A stretch of DNA of 64,000 nucleotides, taken from a bacterium CG10_46_32 (GTDB taxonomy: Bacteria; Patescibacteriota; Patescibacteriia; UBA2169). The notes beneath the pieces were generated by a model. That model had not been told where the DNA came from and did no database searches. It worked only from the letters and a program-made list of their open reading frames with translations. Location: positions 17,494-81,493 of the forward strand of contig MOEI01000006.1 in the NCBI GenBank assembly GCA_001889965.1, in the 5' to 3' direction. Below are positions 17,710 through 27,278 of this stretch, in pieces. A program made the translations under genes and the position numbers. The number at the start of each line of letters is the position of its first letter. The stretch's first letter is position 1.

Positions 17710-20362
17710 ACATTTGGTATGGCGCAGGGCGTTTTGGGTGGCGCTTTTTGTAGTGATGGTCGCGGTGAATGCCGTGCTGGTGCTTGCGTATATGAGTAAC
17801 AATCGCAATCAACTGATTTACAGCCCCATAGCCAAAGCCGGATTGCCATTCTATCGTTCGGCGCGGGAAGTGATTAATGCAGCCATCGACAGCACCTATG
17901 TGTTTGCCATGCGCAGGGACGTAGGGATTCCGCAGTACCGTTTAGAGATTGCAACCGATGATTTGCGCAAACTCAACAATGCACTCCCCAGCTCGCTTGA
18001 TAACGAGGTGATTGCAGGTAGCATCCTTTTTGACGAGGCTTTAAAAGATACAGTTAAAGGGGTATTGCATTATGGAGACAAAGCCTATGATGTAAAAGTG
18101 CGTTACCGTGGATTAAATCCAAACCATTGGACTCGCCCAAAAAAATCCTGGCAGATTAAATTTAACAAAGACACGCCGTTCCAAGGAATCCGCACGCTTA
18201 AACTTATTATTCCGGTTGACCGCGGGTACTTTGCCGAGGCTCTCAACAACTACCGCGCCAAAAAATTAGGCTTATCCTACCCTGCCGCGGAGTTTGTCCA
18301 GCTGTATGTAAATAATAATTACCAGGGCGTATATTTTAGCGTGGAAGATTTTTCCGCTGCGTTTTTGGAGCGCAGCCAACTTCCGCCGGACGCGAATATC
18401 TACGCGACCGACGAGCCGCTTAGTACGGACCAAGAGGACGCAATAGCGTATGACAGTGTTTCGTTCTGGAACAAGCAGACGAGTGACACACTGTTTAATT
18501 TTGATAATTTTTCAGAATTGGATTTTTTATTGAGCCGCATGCAGCAAGATAATTTTGCAGATGTTGCGCCGGATATTATTGACATGGACAATTTTTATAG
18601 CTGGAACATAGTGGCGCTTTTGGCAGGGAGTAACCATCAGAGCGACTGGGGAAACATGCGTCTGTATTTTAATAATGTAAAAGGAAAATTTGAATTTATC
18701 CCTTGGGACGTGGGGCTCAAAAATACCATGCCGGATCAATTAGCCAATGAGCTCACAGAGAAACTCCTTTCCAATCCCACATTCTACCAGGAACGAAATC
18801 GCCGGTTATGGGAATATGTAAGCAACGAAAAAAATTTGCAGGATGATGTAACGTACTATGACGGATTATACAACCAGCTTAAAGGCGCTTTTTATAGTGA
18901 TTTTAAAAAGCATGAGAACAATCACACGTTTAACGGGCGCGTTGTAGAAATCCGAAACCAGTATGCGGGATTGTTTGGTACGCTCAAAGGATTGTTTGGA
19001 GAAGATATTATTAATCTGACAGTGCGGCATGATGCATCTAAAAAAATACTCGCGCTTTCGTTTGAGGTGGATAGTTTTGCGGGAGTGACTCTTGCGGGCA
19101 TAACCCTTCCCCAAGGATCGCAACTGGTTTCCAATACGGGCCAATACCTGTTTCGACCGAATGAAGATGTTGCAATAACATATTCCGGTGTCCCCATTGG
19201 CGATATTTCCAGTATTATATTCAATCTTATACATGCAGTGACTGGCGAGCCGGTTGGTATCGGTTCTATCCGGTTTATCGACAACTCTACCTTTGCCAAG
19301 TTTGACGATGTGCGCGCCTCTGCGGAATCATTTGTCGCTGCGCATGCGCAGTTTAGGCTGGAGAATAATGAGATTATACTACCTTCTGGAATACATGTTT
19401 TTTTGGAGGACATAGTAGCTCCCAAAGATGTTTTAGTCAGCATCCAACCTGGCACAACCATTTATTTTGCTCCTGGAGTTTCGTTTGTTTCGTATAGTCC
19501 GATTGAGGCGCTGGGAACAGCGGGTAGGCCCATTGTGCTCCGCCGACTTAATCCAAATGAGCCATGGGGAAGTTTCGCAATATTGAACGCTGGGTCAAAT
19601 AAGAGCACAATTGAGTACTTGGATGCTGATGGTGGAGGAAGTGACTACATCAACGGATCGTTTATAAGCGGCATGGTATCTGTATATTATTCGGATATCG
19701 AAGCGCGCAATCTCACCATTTCTCGGTCAGCAAGCGACGATGGCATGAATCTTAAATATTCAAAAGTTTTGGTTATGCAGAGCACCTTTAATAATAATTC
19801 CGCAGACGGATTAGACGGAGATTATATTTCCGGTACTATTGATGGAAGTGTATTTTTAGATAATGGTAATGATGGTATTGATTTAAGCGGCTCACGCATC
19901 ATGATAAGCAATAATCGCCTTGCTGGTTCCGGCGACAAATGCGTCAGCATCGGCGAAGGCACGAATAACACAGTTATTTTTAATACCATACTGGATGGTT
20001 GCCATATTGGCGTGCAGGCAAAGGATGGATCCTATCCGGCAGTCATCAATTCCATTATCATCAATAATGATATCGGTATTGATACATACCGCAAGAAAGA
20101 GTTGTATATAACCGGCGGGCATATAGTAGTGAGCAATTCCATTATTCGCGGCAATGCAGAGGCTGTGCACCAGGATGAATTTTCGGATATTGCGGTTTCT
20201 TTTTCCAATATTCAAGGCGCATATTCCGGCGAAGGAAATTTTGATGAAGATAAAAATTATTTTTTGGTTCAAGATATTGGCAAGGGAGACACACATACAG
20301 TTATCCAGTATGCGGGTATTAATGTAGAGCAGGCGCCGGTTGGTTTGTTTGAAGCATTTTAA
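17687..20362 (+). CDS. CotH-family kinase with N-terminal TM anchor and C-terminal right-handed beta-helix
   Basis: VKVRYRG..KKSWQIKF, YQGVY, NMRLY, FIPWD motifs; beta-helix repeats DDGMN/DGLD/DGIDLS/DKCVSIGE. Confidence 0.82.
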   Translation: MNVFKTIKHLVWRRAFWVALFVVMVAVNAVLVLAYMSNNRNQLIYSPIAKAGLPFYRSAREVINAAIDSTYVFAMRRDVGIPQYRLEIATDDLRKLNNALPSSLDNEVIAGSILFDEALKDTVKGVLHYGDKAYDVKVRYRGLNPNHWTRPKKSWQIKFNKDTPFQGIRTLKLIIPVDRGYFAEALNNYRAKKLGLSYPAAEFVQLYVNNNYQGVYFSVEDFSAAFLERSQLPPDANIYATDEPLSTDQEDAIAYDSVSFWNKQTSDTLFNFDNFSELDFLLSRMQQDNFADVAPDIIDMDNFYSWNIVALLAGSNHQSDWGNMRLYFNNVKGKFEFIPWDVGLKNTMPDQLANELTEKLLSNPTFYQERNRRLWEYVSNEKNLQDDVTYYDGLYNQLKGAFYSDFKKHENNHTFNGRVVEIRNQYAGLFGTLKGLFGEDIINLTVRHDASKKILALSFEVDSFAGVTLAGITLPQGSQLVSNTGQYLFRPNEDVAITYSGVPIGDISSIIFNLIHAVTGEPVGIGSIRFIDNSTFAKFDDVRASAESFVAAHAQFRLENNEIILPSGIHVFLEDIVAPKDVLVSIQPGTTIYFAPGVSFVSYSPIEALGTAGRPIVLRRLNPNEPWGSFAILNAGSNKSTIEYLDADGGGSDYINGSFISGMVSVYYSDIEARNLTISRSASDDGMNLKYSKVLVMQSTFNNNSADGLDGDYISGTIDGSVFLDNGNDGIDLSGSRIMISNNRLAGSGDKCVSIGEGTNNTVIFNTILDGCHIGVQAKDGSYPAVINSIIINNDIGIDTYRKKELYITGGHIVVSNSIIRGNAEAVHQDEFSDIAVSFSNIQGAYSGEGNFDEDKNYFLVQDIGKGDTHTVIQYAGINVEQAPVGLFEAF

Positions 20363-20371
20363 ATAGAAGAC

Positions 20372-21175
20372 ATGCAAGAGACTAAATTACATTTTCAGCG
20401 TTTCGAATTCAAATACCTTTTGAGTTTTCAGGAATGTGCGGAAATAAGAAAACGAATCAGCAGGTATGTTGCTTTGGATGGGTTTGCCAAGGATTCAGCT
20501 CAGGGGTTTTACAAGGTGGTCAGCCTGTATTACGACAGCCCTACCTTTTATTACTACCACCAAAAAATCGATGGCACCCGCAACCGCAAAAAGTTTAGAC
20601 TACGCACCTATTGCGTGGATGGCTCATTTGCAAAGCCGATATTTTTTGAGATTAAACGCAAATTTGATTCAGTAATCCTTAAAGATCGGTTTTTATTGGA
20701 TATGCCTCTCTATGAAGACTTTATTAAGGACGGCAGATTTGCGGGCATGGAATCTCGAGGAGGCAACAGCACGCATGTTGCGGAAGAATACGAGGAAACG
20801 GCGGCTCGGCGCAGTTTGGGGCCCAAAGTGCTTATTACATACCGTAGGGAGCCGTATCTTGGGGCATTTAATAAAAATTTTCGCATTACTTTTGATTATG
20901 ATATTAAAGCGTGCGAAGGCACGAGCTTATTCGAGAAAAAATGCGATACACCAGTGCTTGCGGATGGAGTAATTATGGAGATTAAATTTAACGGCAGGCT
21001 TCCGCATTACATTAAAGAAATTATTGATGGATATAATCTAGAGCGGGTTGCGTATTCAAAATACTGCCACGCAGTGGAAGCATGCTATGCGCTGCCGTAC
21101 ATTGCCGCGCCGCGCAATTATTTTTTCAACATTGATCAACCATTATTAATGCAACCATATGAACGAATTATTTAA
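20372..21175 (+). CDS. VTC domain (polyphosphate polymerase/CYTH-like) protein
   Basis: RFEFKY, SLYYDS, RKKFRLRTY, FFEIKRK, YRREPY, RITFD, MEIKF, SKYC. Confidence 0.88.
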   Translation: MQETKLHFQRFEFKYLLSFQECAEIRKRISRYVALDGFAKDSAQGFYKVVSLYYDSPTFYYYHQKIDGTRNRKKFRLRTYCVDGSFAKPIFFEIKRKFDSVILKDRFLLDMPLYEDFIKDGRFAGMESRGGNSTHVAEEYEETAARRSLGPKVLITYRREPYLGAFNKNFRITFDYDIKACEGTSLFEKKCDTPVLADGVIMEIKFNGRLPHYIKEIIDGYNLERVAYSKYCHAVEACYALPYIAAPRNYFFNIDQPLLMQPYERII

Positions 21176-21839
21176 CGCAACAACCGGAGGAAATTTTACG
21201 CTTTTGAATATCCTCGTAAATCTTGGTCTTACCTTGGTGTTATCCCTGTTTATTGCCTGGATGTACAAAAAGACGCACCGTGGACTCTCGTATTCCCAGA
21301 GTTTTATATTCACGCTGATTTTGATCAGCATGATTACTACCATTGCCATGATGGTGATCGGAAACAGCCTTGCGGTCGCGTTTGGACTTTTGGGCGCGTT
21401 TTCCATTATCCGATTCCGGACGCCAGTCAAGGACACAAAGGATACAGGATACATTTTTTTCAGCCTAGTGGAAGGCATGGCCGTAGGAACAAATAATCAT
21501 TTAATCGCTTTTGTTTCAACACTTGTCGTTTTGGTTGTTATATGGGCGCTGTATAAGAGCAATTTCGGCGCGTTGCACAAGAACGAGTTTTTGCTCATCT
21601 TTAGCGTTGATTACCAAAAACGGGAGAATGATTCATTTGCAGGTATCTTCGAAAAATATCTCAAGAACAGCATGCTCTTGAACATCAACGCAAAAGAGCA
21701 TACGCATAAATCCGAAATGGTATATAGTGTTTCATTCATCGATGAATCCGAAAGCAATGCGCTTATCCAAGGATTAATGGCTGTTGATGGGGTTTCGGAG
21801 GCGCGGGTTATTAGTTCCAAAGCAGACATTGAATACTAG
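21159..21839 (+). CDS. DUF4956 (MgtC/SapB-like) membrane protein
   Basis: SYSQSF, IGNSLAVAFGLLGAFSIIRFRTPVKDTKD, GMAVG. Confidence 0.88.
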   Translation: MNELFNATTGGNFTLLNILVNLGLTLVLSLFIAWMYKKTHRGLSYSQSFIFTLILISMITTIAMMVIGNSLAVAFGLLGAFSIIRFRTPVKDTKDTGYIFFSLVEGMAVGTNNHLIAFVSTLVVLVVIWALYKSNFGALHKNEFLLIFSVDYQKRENDSFAGIFEKYLKNSMLLNINAKEHTHKSEMVYSVSFIDESESNALIQGLMAVDGVSEARVISSKADIEY

Positions 21840-21846
21840 GAGATAT

Positions 21847-23640
21847 ATGGCACTATCGCTTAAAGACAATCGAATTTCCAAAATCCTGTCGCTCTCGCGG
21901 CGCGCGTTTGGACGCTACAAATGGCAGATCGCGACATTGGCGGTTCTTGGACTTGTTACTGGCATTCTGGAGGGCGTTGGCGTTAACGCGTTGATCCCGC
22001 TGTTTTCGTTTGTTATCGGCACCAACGATGCCTCGATTGACCCGATTACGCGAAACATAGAAAGATTTTTTATTTTTATCCATATTCCATTTTCTCTTAA
22101 GTACCTGCTTATGTTCATCGTAGTGCTGTTTGTGCTTAAAGCGGTGATTATTTTGATTTTTAACTACATCAGAATCAAGATCGACACGAATTACGAAGAA
22201 ACTGTCCGGAATGACTTGTTTAAAAGCGTTTTGCTTGCGCAGTGGCCATACCTTCTTACACAAAAGATCGGCTATCTGGAAACAGTGCTAATGACTGATG
22301 TACTGCGTGGTTCTGTAATGTTGCGCCAAATAGGGAATATTATTATGGTAACAACCGGTCTTTTAGTGTATGCGCTGGTGGCAATCAATATTTCTCCAAT
22401 TATCACTATAAGCACGCTTGCGCTGGGTGCGGTTTTATTCCTGTTTTTTAAGCCGCTTCTGTATCGGACGCGTGTATGCGCGGTACGTGCGTCCGAGGCA
22501 AATAAAGAAGTTTCTCATTATGTGAATGAGAGTATTCTGGGGATGAAGACGATTAAGTCTATGCACGCGCATAGATGGGTGATTGCCAAAGGCGGAGAAT
22601 TTTTTGATGAATTAAAACGTTTAAAAATGATCACGCTTATTTTGAGCAGTGTTTCGAGCTCCCTGTTGCAGCCGATTAGTTTGATATTTATTGTTATTGT
22701 GTTTGCTCTAGCGTACAAAATGCCGGGATTTAGCGTTGCCGCGCTCATTGCGATTGTGTACTTGATTCAGAGGATTTTTCAGTACATTCAGCAGTTACAG
22801 TCCAATTTGCATGAGGCAAGCGATGCAGTGCCGTATTTGCAAAATCTCCTCGCATACCAGCAAAAAGCAGATGACCATCGAGAAAAAGATTTAGGGAAGA
22901 GCGAGTATTTATTTAAGCGCACGTTGTCGTTTAACAACGTCAGTTTTTCCTATCAGTTGGATCGGCCGGTATTGGATGGTCTCAGCTTTTCTATGAATAA
23001 GGGTGAAATGGTTGGTTTAATTGGCGAGTCTGGTTCCGGAAAAACCACTATTGTTGATTTGCTTTTACGTTTGTTTGATGCAAGCAAAGGGGAGATATTG
23101 CTTGATGGAAAAGATATTCGCGATGTGCGGCTCGGAGCATGGCGAAAGAACATTGGGTATGTTTCGCAAGATGTGTTTTTAATTAATGATACGATTGCTA
23201 ATAATATCAAGTTTTTTGATTCCGCTGTCTCGGACGCAGACGTTGTTGTTGCCGCAAAAATGGCGAATATTTATGAATTCATACAAAGCTGTCCAGATGG
23301 ATTTAAAACGATGGTGGGGGAGCGGGGGGTTATGCTTTCTGCGGGCCAGCGCCAGCGCGTTGCCATTGCCCGGGTATTGGCGCGCAAGCCAAAGATTTTG
23401 ATACTGGATGAAGCTACTAGTGCGCTTGATAATGAGTCTGAAGCGAAAATTCAGGAGGTTATCGAGAATCTTCGGCACAAGGTTACGGTTTTGGTTGTTG
23501 CGCATCGGCTTTCTACGGTTATGAGCGCGGACAAGCTTATTGTGTTGGAAAAAGGGATTATTATTGAAGAAGGCAAGCCGAAAGATTTGCTTAATGATGC
23601 ACATTCTTATTTTTACAAACTGAGTAATATGGTGAAGTAA
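21847..23640 (+). CDS. ABC transporter, fused permease/ATPase (PglK/MsbA-like glycolipid flippase)
   Basis: 6 TM; Walker A GESGSGKTT, signature LSAGQRQR, ILDEATSALD, VAHRLST; start ATG 21847. Confidence 0.9.
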   Translation: MALSLKDNRISKILSLSRRAFGRYKWQIATLAVLGLVTGILEGVGVNALIPLFSFVIGTNDASIDPITRNIERFFIFIHIPFSLKYLLMFIVVLFVLKAVIILIFNYIRIKIDTNYEETVRNDLFKSVLLAQWPYLLTQKIGYLETVLMTDVLRGSVMLRQIGNIIMVTTGLLVYALVAINISPIITISTLALGAVLFLFFKPLLYRTRVCAVRASEANKEVSHYVNESILGMKTIKSMHAHRWVIAKGGEFFDELKRLKMITLILSSVSSSLLQPISLIFIVIVFALAYKMPGFSVAALIAIVYLIQRIFQYIQQLQSNLHEASDAVPYLQNLLAYQQKADDHREKDLGKSEYLFKRTLSFNNVSFSYQLDRPVLDGLSFSMNKGEMVGLIGESGSGKTTIVDLLLRLFDASKGEILLDGKDIRDVRLGAWRKNIGYVSQDVFLINDTIANNIKFFDSAVSDADVVVAAKMANIYEFIQSCPDGFKTMVGERGVMLSAGQRQRVAIARVLARKPKILILDEATSALDNESEAKIQEVIENLRHKVTVLVVAHRLSTVMSADKLIVLEKGIIIEEGKPKDLLNDAHSYFYKLSNMVK

Positions 23641-25166
23641 TGAATATGAAAAAAGTTTTTTTAATAAATTTTTCTTCACAAATTCTCATTAACGTCGCTA
23701 ATAATTTAAAGGCGAATGGATCAGAGATTGTGTATTGGCAGGGTTATCGTGATGATTTTGACCATATGGATCGGAGTGAACATCCGGAAACCATATTTCA
23801 TCATGCGTTTGATGCCATTAAGAATATTTCACCCGAAGGAGTTGATGTATCTGAATTTGAACCAGTGAGCCATGAATTGGTCAGCCGGCTCTATGAGAGC
23901 GGCTGGCAGGCTTTAGCCATGATGAGCCGGGCTGATCATGCTGATTCTGTTTTTACTGAAAAACGGAATTATTATTATCAGTATTTAAAATTTTGGCAAG
24001 GCATGCTTAAAAGATTAAAGCCAGATGTGATTGTTTTTTCTGCCATCCCGCATTCAGCAACTAGCCATGTCCTGTATGCACTGGCAAAATTAATGAACAT
24101 CGAGACCATTATGATTAATCAGCTGACTATTGAGACGCGTGCCCTACTTATGACAGATTATCAAACCGATTCCGCAGCATTGCGGGACGAAGTAAAAAAA
24201 CATCGGTCGGCCAAGATCGGTATTGATACCTTGAGTCTGGATTTAAAAACATATTATTTAAACCACCTTGATCCGGCTATTGACTCAACGCCGCAATACA
24301 AAAAAGTTTACGCAAAAAGCAAGATGCCATTTGCTTTTCCGAGCGTGCCAACCATTATAAAACACCTATACCGATTGACTTTTTTTAACGTTGCGCGCTC
24401 GTACTTGACCATGATTTTAACCAAGAGAAAAATGAGTCACATCGGCCCGGTATTACGAGGTCAGTCGTACAAAAGTAAGATAAAAAAATGGAAGAAAGAA
24501 ATCGAGTGCGTTAAAAAAGAGTACGAAGCCCTGCAGCAACAGCCAGATTTGAATAAAAAGTTTGTTTATTTGCCTTTAAGTTTCCAGCCGGAGCAGACAA
24601 CTTGTCCTCGTGGTGATGTTTTTGACGATCAATTGCTTATGATAGATATCATATCTGCGTCGCTTCCAGAGGGATGGGTTTTGTATATTAAAGAACATGC
24701 GCCGCAGTGGTATCCGAAAAGCATTGAGGCATACCAGTACCGATATCAGGGCTACTATGAGAGAATTGCGTGCATGAAAAACACCATGTTGATTCCCGTG
24801 ACTACTTCAACATTTGATTTGATTGAACGAGCACAGGCTATTGCAACGGTTACTGGCACTGCAGGATGGGAGTCGCTGATACGATCCAAGCCAGTGTTGC
24901 TGTTTGGGTATATTTGGTATATGTACTGTGATGGCGTGTTTCAGGTGCAGGATGCGACTTCCTGCGCTAGAGCGTTTGAAGAAATATGCACCGGGTATCG
25001 CGTCGAATCGCAGAAAGTGATTAATTTTTTGGCCGCACTAGACTTGGTAAGCTTAAAAATTAAAAATTATAAAACACGTTTTTTTGTAGAGAGCGATGGC
25101 ATAACATTCGACGATAACGTTCGCGCGCTTACCAATGGTATTAGTAATATGATAAACAATTCGTAA
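23640..25166 (+). CDS. Capsule_synth (KpsS/LipB-like) protein, candidate nonulosonate transferase
   Basis: YLPLSFQPEQT, LYIKEH, TVTGTAGWESL..KPVLLFG..WY; lies immediately upstream of pseB. Confidence 0.65.
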   Translation: MNMKKVFLINFSSQILINVANNLKANGSEIVYWQGYRDDFDHMDRSEHPETIFHHAFDAIKNISPEGVDVSEFEPVSHELVSRLYESGWQALAMMSRADHADSVFTEKRNYYYQYLKFWQGMLKRLKPDVIVFSAIPHSATSHVLYALAKLMNIETIMINQLTIETRALLMTDYQTDSAALRDEVKKHRSAKIGIDTLSLDLKTYYLNHLDPAIDSTPQYKKVYAKSKMPFAFPSVPTIIKHLYRLTFFNVARSYLTMILTKRKMSHIGPVLRGQSYKSKIKKWKKEIECVKKEYEALQQQPDLNKKFVYLPLSFQPEQTTCPRGDVFDDQLLMIDIISASLPEGWVLYIKEHAPQWYPKSIEAYQYRYQGYYERIACMKNTMLIPVTTSTFDLIERAQAIATVTGTAGWESLIRSKPVLLFGYIWYMYCDGVFQVQDATSCARAFEEICTGYRVESQKVINFLAALDLVSLKIKNYKTRFFVESDGITFDDNVRALTNGISNMINNS

Positions 25167-25169
25167 CCT

Positions 25170-26165
25170 ATGAACACCATGAACACACTCAAAGACAAAA
25201 CCATTTTAATTACCGGCGGCACAGGTTCGTTTGGTAAGAATTTTATACGATTTTTACTGGACCAATCGGAAGTAAAAAAAATTATTGTATTCAGCCGTGA
25301 CGAACTTAAACAGTCGGAAATGCAGCGCGAGATTCAAGATGTCCGATTACGTTTTTTTCTGGGGGATGTTCGTGATTTGGAGCGACTTAGGCGCGCGTTT
25401 TTTGAAGTTGATGTTGTGGTCCATGCCGCTGCGCTCAAACAGGTGCCTACGCTTGAGTATAATCCGTTTGAGGCGGTAAAAACCAACATCATGGGAACCC
25501 AGAACGTTATTGACGCGGCCATTGATTTGGGGGTTGAAAAAGTGGTATTGATTTCAACCGATAAAGCCGCGCAACCCATTAATTTATATGGTTCCACTAA
25601 GCAGTGCGCGGAAAAATTGTTCGTGGCCGGCAATTCGTACGCTGCCGGGCGTACGCGTTTTAGCTGTGTGCGATATGGAAATGTCATTGGAAGTCGAGGC
25701 AGTATTATTGAGATGTTGTTGCGGGAGAAAGATGCGCGCGAGGTGACAGTTACCGACGAGGGCATGACTAGGTTTTGGCTTTCTTTGGACGAAAGTTTCA
25801 AGTTGGTATGTTTCGCGCTTGAGCATATGGTTGGTGGAGAAATTTTTATACCGAAGGATATTCCCAGCATGCGCATGGGTGACGTATTTGCCGCGCTTGC
25901 TCCGAATGCTAAAAAGAAAATTATCGGCATCCGACCCGGAGAAAAGATGCACGAGGTACTATTGACCGAAGAAGAAGCACGCCGCGCTGTGGTGTTGGGA
26001 AAGTATTTTGTTGTGTTGCCCGAATATCATCACGCAGTCAGCATGGAGAAGTTTGAGCCATACAGGGCACAAGGGGAAACATTGCCCGATGGTTTTTCTT
26101 TTCGGAGCGATACAAATACTTTGCAAATGAGCAAGGAAGACCTGTGCGCCGTGGCGCAAAAATAA
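25170..26165 (+). CDS. pseB: UDP-GlcNAc 4,6-dehydratase (inverting)
   Basis: ITGGTGSFG, SRDELKQ, AALKQVP, STDKAAQPINLYGSTK, RYGNVIGSRGS, MTRFW, GIRPGEK. Confidence 0.9.
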   Translation: MNTMNTLKDKTILITGGTGSFGKNFIRFLLDQSEVKKIIVFSRDELKQSEMQREIQDVRLRFFLGDVRDLERLRRAFFEVDVVVHAAALKQVPTLEYNPFEAVKTNIMGTQNVIDAAIDLGVEKVVLISTDKAAQPINLYGSTKQCAEKLFVAGNSYAAGRTRFSCVRYGNVIGSRGSIIEMLLREKDAREVTVTDEGMTRFWLSLDESFKLVCFALEHMVGGEIFIPKDIPSMRMGDVFAALAPNAKKKIIGIRPGEKMHEVLLTEEEARRAVVLGKYFVVLPEYHHAVSMEKFEPYRAQGETLPDGFSFRSDTNTLQMSKEDLCAVAQK

Positions 26166-26168
26166 TTT

Positions 26169-27278
26169 ATGATACCCTACGCACGACAACATATTAGTCA
26201 GGACGACATTGCGGCGGTTGCTTCCGCACTTCGTTCGGATTGGCTCACCCAAGGTCCTCAAGTTGCTGTGTTTGAAAAGGCTTTGGCTTTGTACTGCGGT
26301 GTCAAGTACGTGGTTGCTGTTTCTAACGGGACGGCCGCGTTGCATATAGCATACCTTGCGGCCGGCATTGTCAGCGGAGATGAGGCTATCACAACTCCAA
26401 ACACGTTTGTCGCAACTACTAATATGCTTTTGGCTGTGGGTGTTAAGCCCGTGTTTTCAGATATCCGTCTAGATACGTATAACCTGAACCAGGAGGAAAT
26501 TGAAAAGCATATTACTAAAAAGACCAAAGTAATCGTGCCGGTGCATTTTGCCGGGCAGTCGTGTGACATGTCCGCCATTAGGTCAATTGCCAAAAAGCAC
26601 AAGCTCTTGGTCATCGAAGATGCCTGCCATGCACTAGGTGGGCAATATAGGCAGAAAAAAATCGGCAGTTGCGCGTATTCGGATATGGCGGTGTTTAGCT
26701 TCCATGCTATTAAATCAATTACCACGGCGGAAGGTGGCGCAGTGCTTACAAATAATAAAAAGTTTTATGAAAAAATGCTGCGCGTGCGGAGCCATGGAAT
26801 CCATAAAGACAAGAGCGGATTTAATGTGATGTCTGAGTTTGGGTACAACTACCGGCTGACAGAGTTACAGGCGGCCCTAGGCTTGTCGCAACTTAAGCAG
26901 TTAAATCGTTTTATTGCGGCTCGACGCAAGGTTGCACGAGCATACCAGGTCGCGCTTGAAGGCATTCCAGGAATCATAGCGCCCACGGAGCTGGATCAGA
27001 ACACTTCTGCATGGCACCTGTACGTTATCCGAACCAAGAAAGCATCCGACCGATTGCCGCTGTATCGGCATTTGCAACAATCCGGGATTGGCATCAATTT
27101 TCATTATCCGGCAGTGTACAGCCATCCCTACTATAAAAAATTGGGTTTTAAAGGGCGTCAGTGTCCTCATATGGAGTTGTACGGCAAGACAGCAATTACT
27201 TTGCCGATGCATGTTTCTGTTTCCGAGCGCGATATTAAAACTATTGCTCAAGCTATCAAATTGTATTTTAACGTATGA
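26169..27278 (+). CDS. pseC: UDP-4-amino-4,6-dideoxy-AltNAc transaminase
   Basis: MIPYARQ, LTQGP, SNGTAALH, EDACHALG, FSFHAIKSITTAEGG, GYNYRL; follows pseB. Confidence 0.88.
   Translation: MIPYARQHISQDDIAAVASALRSDWLTQGPQVAVFEKALALYCGVKYVVAVSNGTAALHIAYLAAGIVSGDEAITTPNTFVATTNMLLAVGVKPVFSDIRLDTYNLNQEEIEKHITKKTKVIVPVHFAGQSCDMSAIRSIAKKHKLLVIEDACHALGGQYRQKKIGSCAYSDMAVFSFHAIKSITTAEGGAVLTNNKKFYEKMLRVRSHGIHKDKSGFNVMSEFGYNYRLTELQAALGLSQLKQLNRFIAARRKVARAYQVALEGIPGIIAPTELDQNTSAWHLYVIRTKKASDRLPLYRHLQQSGIGINFHYPAVYSHPYYKKLGFKGRQCPHMELYGKTAITLPMHVSVSERDIKTIAQAIKLYFNV

Noticed and set aside
17687-20362. CotH as evidence of sporulation
   Set aside because: CotH-family kinases are widespread in non-sporulating bacteria and no spo/cot genes are present
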